61,003 nt of DNA from an uncultured Verrucomicrobiota bacterium. GTDB taxonomy: Bacteria; Verrucomicrobiota; Kiritimatiellia; CAIKKV01. This document shows positions 11,066 through 20,625 of the stretch, one piece after another. The first letter of the stretch is position 1. Each line of letters starts with the position of its first letter. The notes under the pieces are model-generated. The model was not told the DNA's origin. It saw only the letters and a list, made by a program, of their open reading frames with translations, and made no database searches. The stretch covers positions 1-61,003 of the forward strand of contig CAZSUH010000006.1 in NCBI GenBank assembly GCA_964609905.1. The letters are read 5' to 3'. A program made the position numbers and the translations under genes.

Positions 11066-14000
11066 TCACGGTCTGGACTTCACCGCCCTGAAACCCACGA
11101 AGTCGGAACGCGCGGCCGGCTCGCTTTCCAGGCGTTGCGCAATCCGGCACCAGGAGGCGTCGGTGGACCAAGCGCCTCCTCGCACCACGCGGTTCGAGCC
11201 GGACACCGGATCCCAGCACCATTCCGCCACGTTTCCCGCCATGTCTGACAAGCCGGGCGTATAGCCATGAGCGCCAAATGAACCCACCGCGCAGGTGTAA
11301 GGAGCAACACCGTCATTACCGAGCGGGTTGAATTCCCGCGTGGGGCTCACATCGTAACCATAAACGCGGTCGCTGAAATAGTTCGCGTTGCTGTGGCCGA
11401 TCGTATCGCCCCACGGGAAGCGCCGGCCTTGCACGGGGCCCCGGGCCGCATATTCCCATTCCGTTTCGGCGGGCAGGCGATACCCTCCCCAGACATTGAC
11501 GCAGGAATCGTCCAGGTCAAGCTGGCCGTTGGTATAGACCGAGTCCTTGGCCGCCGTCGTATAATAGGCGGGGATGAGCCCTTCCATCTGGCTGCGGGCG
11601 TTGCACCATTTCACGCAATCGTACCAGTTGACCATTTGCACGGGATGGTCTGCCGCCTTTCCGGCTCCTTCCGGAAGATCCGTGTACCCATGGGTCATGC
11701 CCCAGGCGCGGACCTTGTCCCACATGGCCTTTGTCACTTCCGTGTTATTCGCGTAAAACACCGCTTTGTTCGTGATCGCATAGGGGCCGGCGTCGGGATC
11801 GGTTCCCGCGGCAACGCCGGCGCGAATGGCGCTCATGCCCTCCGGCGGTATTGGGACGATCTCGATGCCGTTGAAAAACGCATAGGTGCCGTCGAGGCCG
11901 ACGCCCCGGATTTGCAGGCCGTTTCCATCCTTTACCGTGACTCTGAACAGCGGGCGGTACGCGCGATACTTTCCCCCCGTCTTAGCCAGCACATCCAGGC
12001 GGGGCAAAACCTTCACGCCCTCGATCAGGACTTTAAACACGCAGGCGCCAGCCTGGTTCTGCATCAGTTCGGCAAACTTAAGGCGAACGGAGTAGGTGCC
12101 GTTGGGCAGTTTGGGGAAGCTGTAGGTAAGCCGGGGGGCGAATCGGCAGTCCTGGAAGACCTTCATCGGAACGCCTTTCACCTTGTCGATAAGGGCGGTT
12201 GTCCGGAACACGGATCCGCTCGAGTAGCCCCGATCGCGCAGCCACGCGCCCACGCGCTTGCCCCCGCAATTAACGCGAATGGCGGCAAGCGGGACCGGCA
12301 TCACTTCCACCGCAAAGGCGGTGGAAACAGGATAACCGCTGGCCGTGTGCGTGGCCGTCACGGTGACCGTGGACATTCCCGTTCCGGGTCCGAATACCAG
12401 CGTCAAAAGCCCATTTGTCAGACCGGTCTGCACAATGCCAGGCCGATCGGCCACGCTGGTAAATTCCAGTCCGCTGCCGGCGAAGACAAGGGCCAGGTCG
12501 CAGACGTTCGATTTCCCCGCCGTGGCCAGCACGTCGGCGATGGGGCTTCGGACCCAGGGCAATCCATCGACGGCGGGAACGGCCAGCGTTTCGGAGAAGG
12601 GGCCGTAGCCCTGCGGGAAGAAGGCCCGCAGACGCAGGTAGTTCGTGACGCCCGGCGCGAGAACAGGCACGGCAAGGCTGGTGTCGCCGGCCGCCGCGTT
12701 GGTGCTCTCGAACAGGAAGTCGTTGAAGTCGGGCGAAGCCGAGACTTGGAGGTGGTAGCGGCCGGCACCGGCCAGGGACTCCCAATGGGCCACCAGGCCG
12801 GTGGCCGTGATGTCGGTGGGCGAAAGCAGCACGGGGGCGGGCGCCGGCAGGAAGGAGAAGGCGTTGCTCAACACGAGGTCGCCGCCGGTAGGCGACGACA
12901 CGCGGACGTGGCCGGTGCAGGGAGCGGCGGCGATGGGCGCCCACACGCGCACCCAGTCGTCGCTCTGGCCCAGGATGACGGCCGGCTGCCCACACAGCGA
13001 AACCGATGTGATGTCCGCATGCCGTCCGAGCCCCGTGCCGGACGCCAGGATTTCCACGCCGCCGCCGGCGAAGCAGGAGGACGGCGTGACATTCAGGAGA
13101 ACGCCGCGCGTGATGAAATTCTGCCAGGCCGTCCAGTCGCTGGCGCCCTGGGAGTTCGAGGCCCGCACGCGCCAGCGGTAATCCGATCCCACGCTCAACC
13201 CCGCGATGACGGCGGACGTGACGGTTCCCGCCAATTGTTCTGCCAGGATGTTGGTTCCCGCGAGGGTTTCCAGTTCGATGTCATAGATCGAAACCGGCAT
13301 GATGTCGCCGGGCTGCCAGTGGAGCGTGGCGGTCGCGGCGCGGATGTCCGTCACGGCCAGGTCCGTCGGTAGGGGCGGTTTGGCCAGATATTCGTAAGCG
13401 CCCATATCGACCGTGCCCACGACCCGCGGGTCGCCCTTCAGGTCGATGGCCGCAACGACCCGGCTGTTGTTGCCGGCGTCCACGCAGGGAGACGCGGCAG
13501 CCGGTCGGACGCTCCCGGGGACAAACAGGGGGTCAGCGACTTTGCAGCCCGCGACGCCGTCGCTGACGCCATCGCCCGCGTCGGTGAACGTGATCCTCCC
13601 GCCGATCGCCAACAGATCTTGCGGCGCTTGTGCTGGGGCCCGGTTTCCCCACACGATGGCGTTTCCGAGGTCGCCGCCGCCGGGCAGGTAGGCGCCGCCG
13701 ACCTCGATCGAAGCGACGTTGGAGACAATCGTGCAATGGACGGCCTCGCCGCCCGCGAACAGGCAGAGGGCGCCGCCCCGGCCGCTGCTGTTCTCCGTCA
13801 GGATGCAGTTGTTGACGCGGCCGGTCTCCATGACGAACGCGCCTCCGCCGTATTCGCCGGAGCTGTTGGCCGTGACGATGCAGTGGCGAAGTTCGGCTCC
13901 GCCGGCGAGAAAGGCGCCGCCTCCTGAACGGTCCTGCGTAATGTCCGAGGCGAATGCGGTGTGACCGTCCGTCAAGGTAAAGCCATGGACCACGACGCCC

Positions 14001-17000
14001 GTGCCGGCGTAGAGGCAGCGCACGGCATCGAGGCCGTCCCCCGTGCCCGCCGCGCCGGTCACCACGGTGACATCCGCGCCATTCACCCCGAACACCTCGA
14101 TCGGGCGGGTCACGCAGATCCGGTTGGCGATCGTGCCGCCCGGCGCCGGACGGCCACCGGCCTGATAAACGCCGTTGCTGACGGCGACGGCATCTCCGTC
14201 CCAGGCGGCGTCCACGCCGTCCTGGATGTTGCTGGCCGCATCGTCCCAGCGCGCATAAGGCCAGAGAGGCGCCTGGCCGGCGAGTGCCACGTAATGGGTG
14301 AGGCCGGGGACGGGAACGACGCGATAGAGGTTGGTGACGGGGGACGCGGGCAGCCAGTTGGCGTTGCCAGCCTGGTTGGCGACGACGAAAATGTCGCCGT
14401 AATCGGAGAAGCGGACTCCATTATCACGCTGCAGGGCGCCCGGTCCGGACGCGATCGAGAACGTCACCGGCTGGCCCGATCCACCGCCGTTAGCGCTGAC
14501 GGTCAACCGGTTCGTGCTGGGCACATCGCCGGAGGCGGGCAGGAAAGCCGTGATCGGTTGGGGCGCGCGGGCGACCGTCAGCCAGGCGCTCGCGACGGCG
14601 GTCCAGTTGGCGGTATCCACCACGCCGGTGATCGCATAGAGGCCGGCATCCACGGGGGGCTCGGACGAGCCGTTGTAGGTTACGGAGACGGGTTCGCCGC
14701 TGAGCCCCGTGGCGCCGACGATGCGGGGGGTGCCGTCGTAGACCTGGTTGGTGGCGGAGAACGTGATGAGGTCTGTCGCGCGCGCCACATGGAGCGTGAC
14801 GGTTTGGACCCGGGGGCTGTTGGTGGCGTGCGAGGAGGTGAGCGTGTGCCAGGCCGCGTAGGTGCCGGCATTCATGCTGCCGGCCTCAACGGTGAAGATC
14901 AGATTGGATGAAGCGAACGCGGGGACGGTTCCTCCGGTGGGGCTTACGGTCAGCCACTCTCCGACCGGGTTCATGCTCATCGTGATGCCGGGTGGCGGCA
15001 TGTAACTCACGCTGCCGTTCCAGGCACAGGGGGTTGCCCCCGGGTTGGCCAGCGCCACGACCTGGGTGAGCGAGCCGCCCGCCGCATACGTGGTATTGAA
15101 AGTCAGGCCCGTATCGATCAGGATGGCGGCTTCGGTGAGGGTGGTGAAGGATTGCCAACCGGACCAGCCGCTCACATCGTAATCGTTCTCGGCACGGATG
15201 CGGCAGGCATACGGGGTTTCGGGAGCCAGGCCGGTCGCGACGCCGGAGAGGGCGGGCGCCTCCACCAGGGTTTCCAGGCAGGGGCCGGCAAGGGCCAGGT
15301 TGGAGATCGCGATGCGGAAGTGGATCACCCGCACCTGATCGGCCGGCGCCTGCCACTCTGCGGTGACCTGATGCGCGCGGATGTCCGACGGCGGTTGGAG
15401 GATCGGTACGCCCGGTGTTCCGAAAAACTCATGCGCGCCCATGTCGACGATGGCATGGATCGGGCGAACGGCTCCCGCCAGGTCCGTTTCACCGGCTTGC
15501 AGGATGCCGTTGTCGCCGCTGTTGATGCAGGGCGATCCGTAGGAGAGGCGGAAATCGGCGTTCGTGGAGTCGAGGAATAAGGGCGGTGCGGTCAGGCAGC
15601 CGTTGAGGCCGTCCTCGACGCCGGATCCCGCATCCGTATGGGAGGCGTAGGACCCGAAACAGTCCCCTCCCATGTTGTACCAGACGATGCTGTTGGTCGC
15701 GTTTCCCTCATAGGCCCCGCCGCCGTAGGAGGCGACGTTTTCCACGAGCGTGCAGAACAGCAGACCGGATCGGAACGCGCCGCCGCCGTAGGTTGCTTCG
15801 TTGCTGTGCAGGAGGCAATTCCGCAGCGTCGTTTCCGCCGCGCCGCCGCCGTTGAGCTGCGCGACATTTCCTGAAAACGTGCATCGGACGCCGGTTCCTC
15901 CCCACATCCCGCCGCCGTCGACGGCGCCGCACTCAGCGATGACACAGTTGCTGACCATGCCGCCGGCCGCCAGCAGGGCGCCGCCACCCGAGAGATCGTT
16001 CTCATCGGCGAATTGGCCGTCGGTGAATCCGTTTTGCAGCGTGAACCCGGCCAGGACGGCTCCGTCGCCCAGCCAGGCGCAGCGGACGGCATCGGGGCCG
16101 AGGGGCGCTTCGAAGCCGCTGCCCGGGCTGCCGGCGAGCGTGGTCGAAGCGGGGCCGTTCACGGCCTGGACGAGGATGGGTTTTTCCAGCACGAGCCGGT
16201 TGGTCAGGGATCCGCCGGGAGCGGATCGGCCGCCGGCATTGTAAACGCCCGTTCCGACCAGGACGGTATCGCCCGGGGAGGCGATATCCACCGCGACCTG
16301 GATGTTGCTGGCGGCCGCGGCCCAGTTGGCGTAGGGCCAGCGGGGAACCTGGCCTGCCTGGGCCGCGTAGTGGACGGTATTCGTTTCCACGGCCGAGTAC
16401 CAGTTGGTCAACGTCGGCGAGGCGTTCCAGTTGGCGTCGGCGACCTGCCAGGCGACCACGGAAACGGGGCCGAAGTCGAGGAAGCGAAGCTCGTTGGATG
16501 ACGCCATTTCGGCCGGTCCCGAGCGGATGGCAAAGGAGACGGGGATTCCGGATGGCGCGCCGGCGGCCGAAAGCGTGAGAAGTTGGTCGGCCGGATAGTC
16601 GCCTTCGGGCGGGAGGAACGCGGTGAGCGCCTGGTTCGCCTTGAGGATGGTCAGGACGGCGGAGTTGGTGCCACTGTAGTTCGTTTCGGTGACCCGGGCG
16701 AAAACCGCATAGACGCCCGCGGTGACGGGCGGGGTGGCGTTTCCGTTGTAGGTGACGTCCACGGCAAGGCCCGCGGGATCGGTGGTGACCGTCACGGTTT
16801 TGGGCGCGCCGTCGTAGGTCTGCGAGGTATTGGCGATCGTGATTTGGGGCACCGTTGCGTAGACGGTGAGCGTGCCGGGGATGTAGAAAAACGAATAGTT
16901 GAGCGCGCTGGCGCCGGAGACGGTGATCGGGTAGGCGCCGGACGGGCTTGAGGCGTCGGCGGGCGTGGACCCGACAGGCAACGCCAGGAGGACGTTCGTT

Positions 17001-19330
17001 TGCTCGTTGTTTTTCCATCCGGAGTAACTGAAGGAAAACGGCGGGTTGGCCTGGCCGAACAGACGTTCCTGGTCGTCCGCTCGGATGGTGAGGACCGCCT
17101 GCGTGACGGTGAGCGTGCCGTTGGAATAGAGGAAGCTGTAGTTGGTGGCCCAGCCTCCGGACGTGACGATGGAGTAGGCGCCCACAGGGGAAGCGGCGGT
17201 CGCGACGCACGACGCGGTCGGAGGCGTGTCCAGGTTGGCGATGCCGTCACCGGACGCGAAGTTGGTCAGGACGACCGTGAAGACGGGGTTGCTGGCGCCA
17301 TACACGCGGCTGGCATCCAGGCAGGTGGCGGTCAGCGACCGCTTGGCGATGGTCAGGGCGCCGGTGATAGAGGCGGCAAAGAGATCGTCCTCCACCGTGG
17401 CGACCACCGAATAGGTCCCGGCGTTGGTGGGGGCCTGGGCGCTGCCGTCATAGAGCACGGTGAGATTGGAGGATAGTCCGACCGGTTCGACGGTGACCGT
17501 GACCGGTTTTGCCGTGCCATCGTACGTCTGGTTCGTGTCGCCGAGGGCCAGGACGTCGGGCGAGCGACGGACCGCGTTGCCGGCCAAGTATATCAGGTAG
17601 GGGGAAGTGCCGTTCGAGACGGTCACGGGGCTGTTGTTCGAGATGGAGAGCACGGCGGTGACGAGGCCGGTCGTTTGAGGCGCGAACACGATTCCGAAAA
17701 ACGAGGTCGCACCGCCTGACACCATCTCCGGCATGTCGATCACCGTCATGAAGCCATTGCTCACACCGCTCAGTGCGGTGCCGGTGATGAGGAGAGGTCC
17801 CTCGGCCGGATTGACGATCGGGAAGCGGTTCGTCCGGACGGAAAAAATGGGAACGGCGCCGAAATCGGCGCCCTTGTCGAAACTGGGCGGCGTTTCGCCG
17901 GAGGCGATGACCGCGCCGTTCGTGCCGAGGACGAGGATGCCGGGTTGGGCGGTGTTCCACAGGACATAGGTTTTGCCCGACAGGAATCCACAGGTCACGA
18001 CGTCCAGTCGGCCGTCCCCGTTCTTGTCCCCCATTTCGACATCTCGGAGCGTGGTTTCGCCGTCGAGGGCGATGGGAGGAAGCGGGGAGAGGAATCCGCT
18101 GTCTGCGCGAAGCAGGACCGCCACCGTATCGGCTCCGCAGACGACGAGATCGGGCTTGCCGTTGCCGTCGCAATCGCCCGCGGCCAGACCGTATAGGGTC
18201 GGCAGGGAAAGGGTGTGCTCGAGGACGGCGAAGGAGAACGCCGATCCGTTCCAGGTTCCCAGGACGATCACGCCTTCCGCGCCGGCCGCCGCGATATCCG
18301 CGCGGCCATCCTGGTCGAAGTCCGCGATGCGGCATGCGTAGAGGGTTTGCGCGCAGGCAACCTGCCCGGTGGGTGTCCCGAAGGCGCCGGTGCCGTCGTT
18401 CATGAGGACGGCCACATAACCGGCGGGCCCGACGGCCACAGCGTCGGGGTAGCCGTCGCCGTTCAGGTCGCCCGAGCCGAGTCCGTAGAGGGGCGGGGTG
18501 CAGGCGACAGGTGTGCCGGCCGCCAGGTTTCCGGAGCCGTCGTTGAGGAGGGGAATGACATGGCCGGAGGTTTCCGCGATGGCCACGGCGTCGGGGTAGC
18601 CGTCGCCATTAAGATCGCTCACGGTGACCTGCCGGATCGGGCCTGTGACGCCGGCGATGGTCTGGACCGTTCCGCCGGCGAATGCGCCGCCGGTATTGAT
18701 GGCCACGGCGAAGGCCTGGGTGGCGCAGCCGAGGATCAGGTCGGGTTGGCCGTCGGCGTTGAAGTCGCCGGCGGCCACGTCCTGGATGGCACGGGCCAGG
18801 TAGGTGGTCGCGACGCCGGGCGTGCCGGCATCGAGGAGGACAGCATTCGAGTTCCAGCCGGGGGCTACGATATCGAGGGCATCGTCGCCGTTGATGTCGG
18901 CCAACGCAAGGTTGCGGAATCGCGCGGCGCCGACGGTGTTGATGACCACCGAGTTGACGTTGGTGGTGAAGGTCGCGCTGCCGCTGAGCGAGGCCGTCTG
19001 GAAATGCCACGTGAAGGCGGTTCCCGGGCCGGATACGGAACCGTCGAGCGGTTCGCCCCGCAGCAGGTCGCCCGCCGGTGTGAAGACGAGTTGCGCGCCG
19101 TTGGTCGACACGCTGCCGGCCCTTTTGCCCCGCCAGGCGCTCTGGAGGACAACCTGGAGGATTCCGGTGGGAGCCGAATCGAGCATGGCCGTCACAGCCG
19201 TGCCGGGCGAATCGGCGGCGCTCCAAGCCCGCGGGCTGGTATTGGTAACCGCAGCCCCAGGGGCCTGCGGAACAAGGGTGGACAGGAACAATCCTGCCCC
19301 CACCAGAAAGTGGCGCATTTTTTTCATCAC
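11066..19330 (-). CDS. Giant (2754 aa) secreted multidomain surface protein: FG-GAP/VCBS repeats, MBG repeats, two right-handed beta-helix modules, FN3, IPT/TIG, malectin, C-terminal FGE(SUMF1)-like domain
   Basis: Signal peptide MMKKMRHFLVGAGLFLSTLVPQAPGAA. Approximate aa positions: DxNGDGxxD FG-GAP repeats 140-460; YDGT..PVTVT MBG-like units 595-900 and 1520-1590; GGGA-rich beta-helix modules 985-1305 and 1680-1985; FN3-like 1305-1400, 1985-2075 and 2165-2250; malectin motif LPNGTYSVRLKFAE about 2405; FGE-like HPVQMVNWYD...GNVAEWCWD...RGGAW 2510-2754. Confidence 0.9.
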   Translation of the reverse strand: MMKKMRHFLVGAGLFLSTLVPQAPGAAVTNTSPRAWSAADSPGTAVTAMLDSAPTGILQVVLQSAWRGKRAGSVSTNGAQLVFTPAGDLLRGEPLDGSVSGPGTAFTWHFQTASLSGSATFTTNVNSVVINTVGAARFRNLALADINGDDALDIVAPGWNSNAVLLDAGTPGVATTYLARAIQDVAAGDFNADGQPDLILGCATQAFAVAINTGGAFAGGTVQTIAGVTGPIRQVTVSDLNGDGYPDAVAIAETSGHVIPLLNDGSGNLAAGTPVACTPPLYGLGSGDLNGDGYPDAVAVGPAGYVAVLMNDGTGAFGTPTGQVACAQTLYACRIADFDQDGRADIAAAGAEGVIVLGTWNGSAFSFAVLEHTLSLPTLYGLAAGDCDGNGKPDLVVCGADTVAVLLRADSGFLSPLPPIALDGETTLRDVEMGDKNGDGRLDVVTCGFLSGKTYVLWNTAQPGILVLGTNGAVIASGETPPSFDKGADFGAVPIFSVRTNRFPIVNPAEGPLLITGTALSGVSNGFMTVIDMPEMVSGGATSFFGIVFAPQTTGLVTAVLSISNNSPVTVSNGTSPYLIYLAGNAVRRSPDVLALGDTNQTYDGTAKPVTVTVEPVGLSSNLTVLYDGSAQAPTNAGTYSVVATVEDDLFAASITGALTIAKRSLTATCLDASRVYGASNPVFTVVLTNFASGDGIANLDTPPTASCVATAASPVGAYSIVTSGGWATNYSFLYSNGTLTVTQAVLTIRADDQERLFGQANPPFSFSYSGWKNNEQTNVLLALPVGSTPADASSPSGAYPITVSGASALNYSFFYIPGTLTVYATVPQITIANTSQTYDGAPKTVTVTTDPAGLAVDVTYNGNATPPVTAGVYAVFARVTETNYSGTNSAVLTILKANQALTAFLPPEGDYPADQLLTLSAAGAPSGIPVSFAIRSGPAEMASSNELRFLDFGPVSVVAWQVADANWNASPTLTNWYSAVETNTVHYAAQAGQVPRWPYANWAAAASNIQVAVDIASPGDTVLVGTGVYNAGGRSAPGGSLTNRLVLEKPILVQAVNGPASTTLAGSPGSGFEAPLGPDAVRCAWLGDGAVLAGFTLQNGFTDGQFADENDLSGGGALLAAGGMVSNCVIAECGAVDGGGMWGGTGVRCTFSGNVAQLNGGGAAETTLRNCLLHSNEATYGGGAFRSGLLFCTLVENVASYGGGAYEGNATNSIVWYNMGGDCFGSYASHTDAGSGVEDGLNGCLTAPPLFLDSTNADFRLSYGSPCINSGDNGILQAGETDLAGAVRPIHAIVDMGAHEFFGTPGVPILQPPSDIRAHQVTAEWQAPADQVRVIHFRIAISNLALAGPCLETLVEAPALSGVATGLAPETPYACRIRAENDYDVSGWSGWQSFTTLTEAAILIDTGLTFNTTYAAGGSLTQVVALANPGATPCAWNGSVSYMPPPGITMSMNPVGEWLTVSPTGGTVPAFASSNLIFTVEAGSMNAGTYAAWHTLTSSHATNSPRVQTVTLHVARATDLITFSATNQVYDGTPRIVGATGLSGEPVSVTYNGSSEPPVDAGLYAITGVVDTANWTAVASAWLTVARAPQPITAFLPASGDVPSTNRLTVSANGGGSGQPVTFSIASGPGALQRDNGVRFSDYGDIFVVANQAGNANWLPASPVTNLYRVVPVPGLTHYVALAGQAPLWPYARWDDAASNIQDGVDAAWDGDAVAVSNGVYQAGGRPAPGGTIANRICVTRPIEVFGVNGADVTVVTGAAGTGDGLDAVRCLYAGTGVVVHGFTLTDGHTAFASDITQDRSGGGAFLAGGAELRHCIVTANSSGEYGGGAFVMETGRVNNCILTENSSGRGGALCLFAGGEAVHCTIVSNVASIEVGGAYLPGGGDLGNAIVWGNRAPAQAPQDLLAIGGRITFTDAGDGVSDGVAGCKVADPLFVPGSVRPAAASPCVDAGNNSRVVAAIDLKGDPRVVGTVDMGAYEYLAKPPLPTDLAVTDIRAATATLHWQPGDIMPVSIYDIELETLAGTNILAEQLAGTVTSAVIAGLSVGSDYRWRVRASNSQGASDWTAWQNFITRGVLLNVTPSSCFAGGGVEILASGTGLGRHADITSVSLCGQPAVILGQSDDWVRVWAPIAAAPCTGHVRVSSPTGGDLVLSNAFSFLPAPAPVLLSPTDITATGLVAHWESLAGAGRYHLQVSASPDFNDFLFESTNAAAGDTSLAVPVLAPGVTNYLRLRAFFPQGYGPFSETLAVPAVDGLPWVRSPIADVLATAGKSNVCDLALVFAGSGLEFTSVADRPGIVQTGLTNGLLTLVFGPGTGMSTVTVTATHTASGYPVSTAFAVEVMPVPLAAIRVNCGGKRVGAWLRDRGYSSGSVFRTTALIDKVKGVPMKVFQDCRFAPRLTYSFPKLPNGTYSVRLKFAELMQNQAGACVFKVLIEGVKVLPRLDVLAKTGGKYRAYRPLFRVTVKDGNGLQIRGVGLDGTYAFFNGIEIVPIPPEGMSAIRAGVAAGTDPDAGPYAITNKAVFYANNTEVTKAMWDKVRAWGMTHGYTDLPEGAGKAADHPVQMVNWYDCVKWCNARSQMEGLIPAYYTTAAKDSVYTNGQLDLDDSCVNVWGGYRLPAETEWEYAARGPVQGRRFPWGDTIGHSNANYFSDRVYGYDVSPTREFNPLGNDGVAPYTCAVGSFGAHGYTPGLSDMAGNVAEWCWDPVSGSNRVVRGGAWSTDASWCRIAQRLESEPAARSDFVGFRAVKSRP

Positions 19331-19342
19331 ACCTGCTTATCG

Positions 19343-19813
19343 CTAATTATTTCGGGCCAGCAGCAGCAAGCGGGGGCGTTCGGATTCCGGCACGTCCCAT
19401 CGCTCGAACGCATGTTTCAACCGCGCCAGGGCGGCGTCTCGCCGGGCGGTGTAGGAGTCGCCGCTGATCTCGCCCTCCTGGCGCAAGACGTCCAACCGCT
19501 TCAGGGTGTGCACGCACAGGTTGAAATCGGTTTGAAGGCGTTCCGGTACGAGGACCCGGCCGATCTCCTCCTGGACCTGGCGGCGGGAGGCGGGCGAGAG
19601 GCTGGCGAGCGCCATCGTGAAGCGTGTGCCGTCGCCCCGTTTGAAGGTGGCGGCGTTGCCGTCGGCGGAGATCAGCGCGGCTTCGATGGCGTGACCCGCG
19701 GCATTGGTCCACACGTCCGCACGGGCGGCTCCGGCGGAGGCCAGGAGCAAAGCCGCGCCCAGCGCGGCGCCGGTCCATCGGCGCCGGTCAACATTGTCGG
19801 CTTGGCCGTTCAT
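19343..19813 (-). CDS. Secreted SHD1-domain protein (156 aa)
   Basis: ATG 19813 overlaps the upstream TGA (ATGA). N-terminus MNGQADNVDRRRWTGAALGAALLLASAGAARA is signal-like (possibly Tat-like, RRR). WTNAAGHAIEAALISADGNAATFKRGDGTRFTMALASLSPASRRQV fits the SHD1 pattern (WTD.sG..ieA....dg.V.L.k.dG....v.l..LS..d). Confidence 0.6.
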   Translation of the reverse strand: MNGQADNVDRRRWTGAALGAALLLASAGAARADVWTNAAGHAIEAALISADGNAATFKRGDGTRFTMALASLSPASRRQVQEEIGRVLVPERLQTDFNLCVHTLKRLDVLRQEGEISGDSYTARRDAALARLKHAFERWDVPESERPRLLLLARNN

Positions 19814-20625
19814 GGTTCGTGTACGGTAAGTCGGAGGAACAGGGTCTTGGCGGCGGTTTCGATGTAGACCGTCTGGTAGGCGCCGTTGCCGATCAGTTGC
19901 TGATAGGCAAGCGGATCGCCTTCCTGTTGGGCGAACCGCATCGGGAACCATTCCTGCCGGCTCAGCGATTCGGTGGCGGTGAGCCCGTACGTCATGCCCA
20001 CGCTGGTGAGGAACCGCAGCTTGAGCCGGCCCGACGACGTGCTCTCGAAACCGCTCACCTTCAGCAGGTCGGTGGGGAGGAACGCGAAGGTTCCGGACCG
20101 GAACTCCTGCTCGTTGGTCAGCCCGTCACCGTCGAAGTCATCGTGCGGGTGGACATCGGCGATTGATCCGAGCGCGCCGCCCGACTGCTCGCACAGCAGG
20201 CGTTCCCATTCGTCGGGCAGCCCGTCGCCGTCGGCATCGGCGCCTGTGCACAGGTTGAGGAGAACGGCAGAGCCGGCCGGTCCCGCGATCAGCTGGTTGG
20301 TGGGGGTCAGCGGCAACGCGCCGCCGCCGACCTCGACGGCGAGGGTCAGCCGGTCGCCGGCCTGGACGGCGTAGGGCGCGTAAGGCGAGCCGCCGCTGTC
20401 CATGTCCAGCGTCAGGCGGTAATTCAAGCCGTCGGTCTGGATGCCGGTGAAGTTGCAGCGGGCGCATTCCGTGGTGCCTTTCAACGCGAGGATGCGGCCG
20501 GTGTCCTGGTAGGGGAAGCCGTAGGCGTCGCGGACGAGGCCATAGACGATCTGGGCGGGCAGGGGCGTTCCCGCCTCGGCGGCCAGGGCCGCGAGCATGA
20601 ACGCGAAGAGGAATCGTGTTTTCAT
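19810..20625 (-). CDS. Secreted protein with bacterial thrombospondin type-3-like Ca-binding repeats (271 aa)
   Basis: ATG 20625 shares one nt with the upstream stop (TGATG). Signal peptide MKTRFLFAFMLAALAAEAG. Repeats DADGDGLPDEWE and DDFDGDGLTNEQEF. Confidence 0.7.
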   Translation of the reverse strand: MKTRFLFAFMLAALAAEAGTPLPAQIVYGLVRDAYGFPYQDTGRILALKGTTECARCNFTGIQTDGLNYRLTLDMDSGGSPYAPYAVQAGDRLTLAVEVGGGALPLTPTNQLIAGPAGSAVLLNLCTGADADGDGLPDEWERLLCEQSGGALGSIADVHPHDDFDGDGLTNEQEFRSGTFAFLPTDLLKVSGFESTSSGRLKLRFLTSVGMTYGLTATESLSRQEWFPMRFAQQEGDPLAYQQLIGNGAYQTVYIETAAKTLFLRLTVHEP

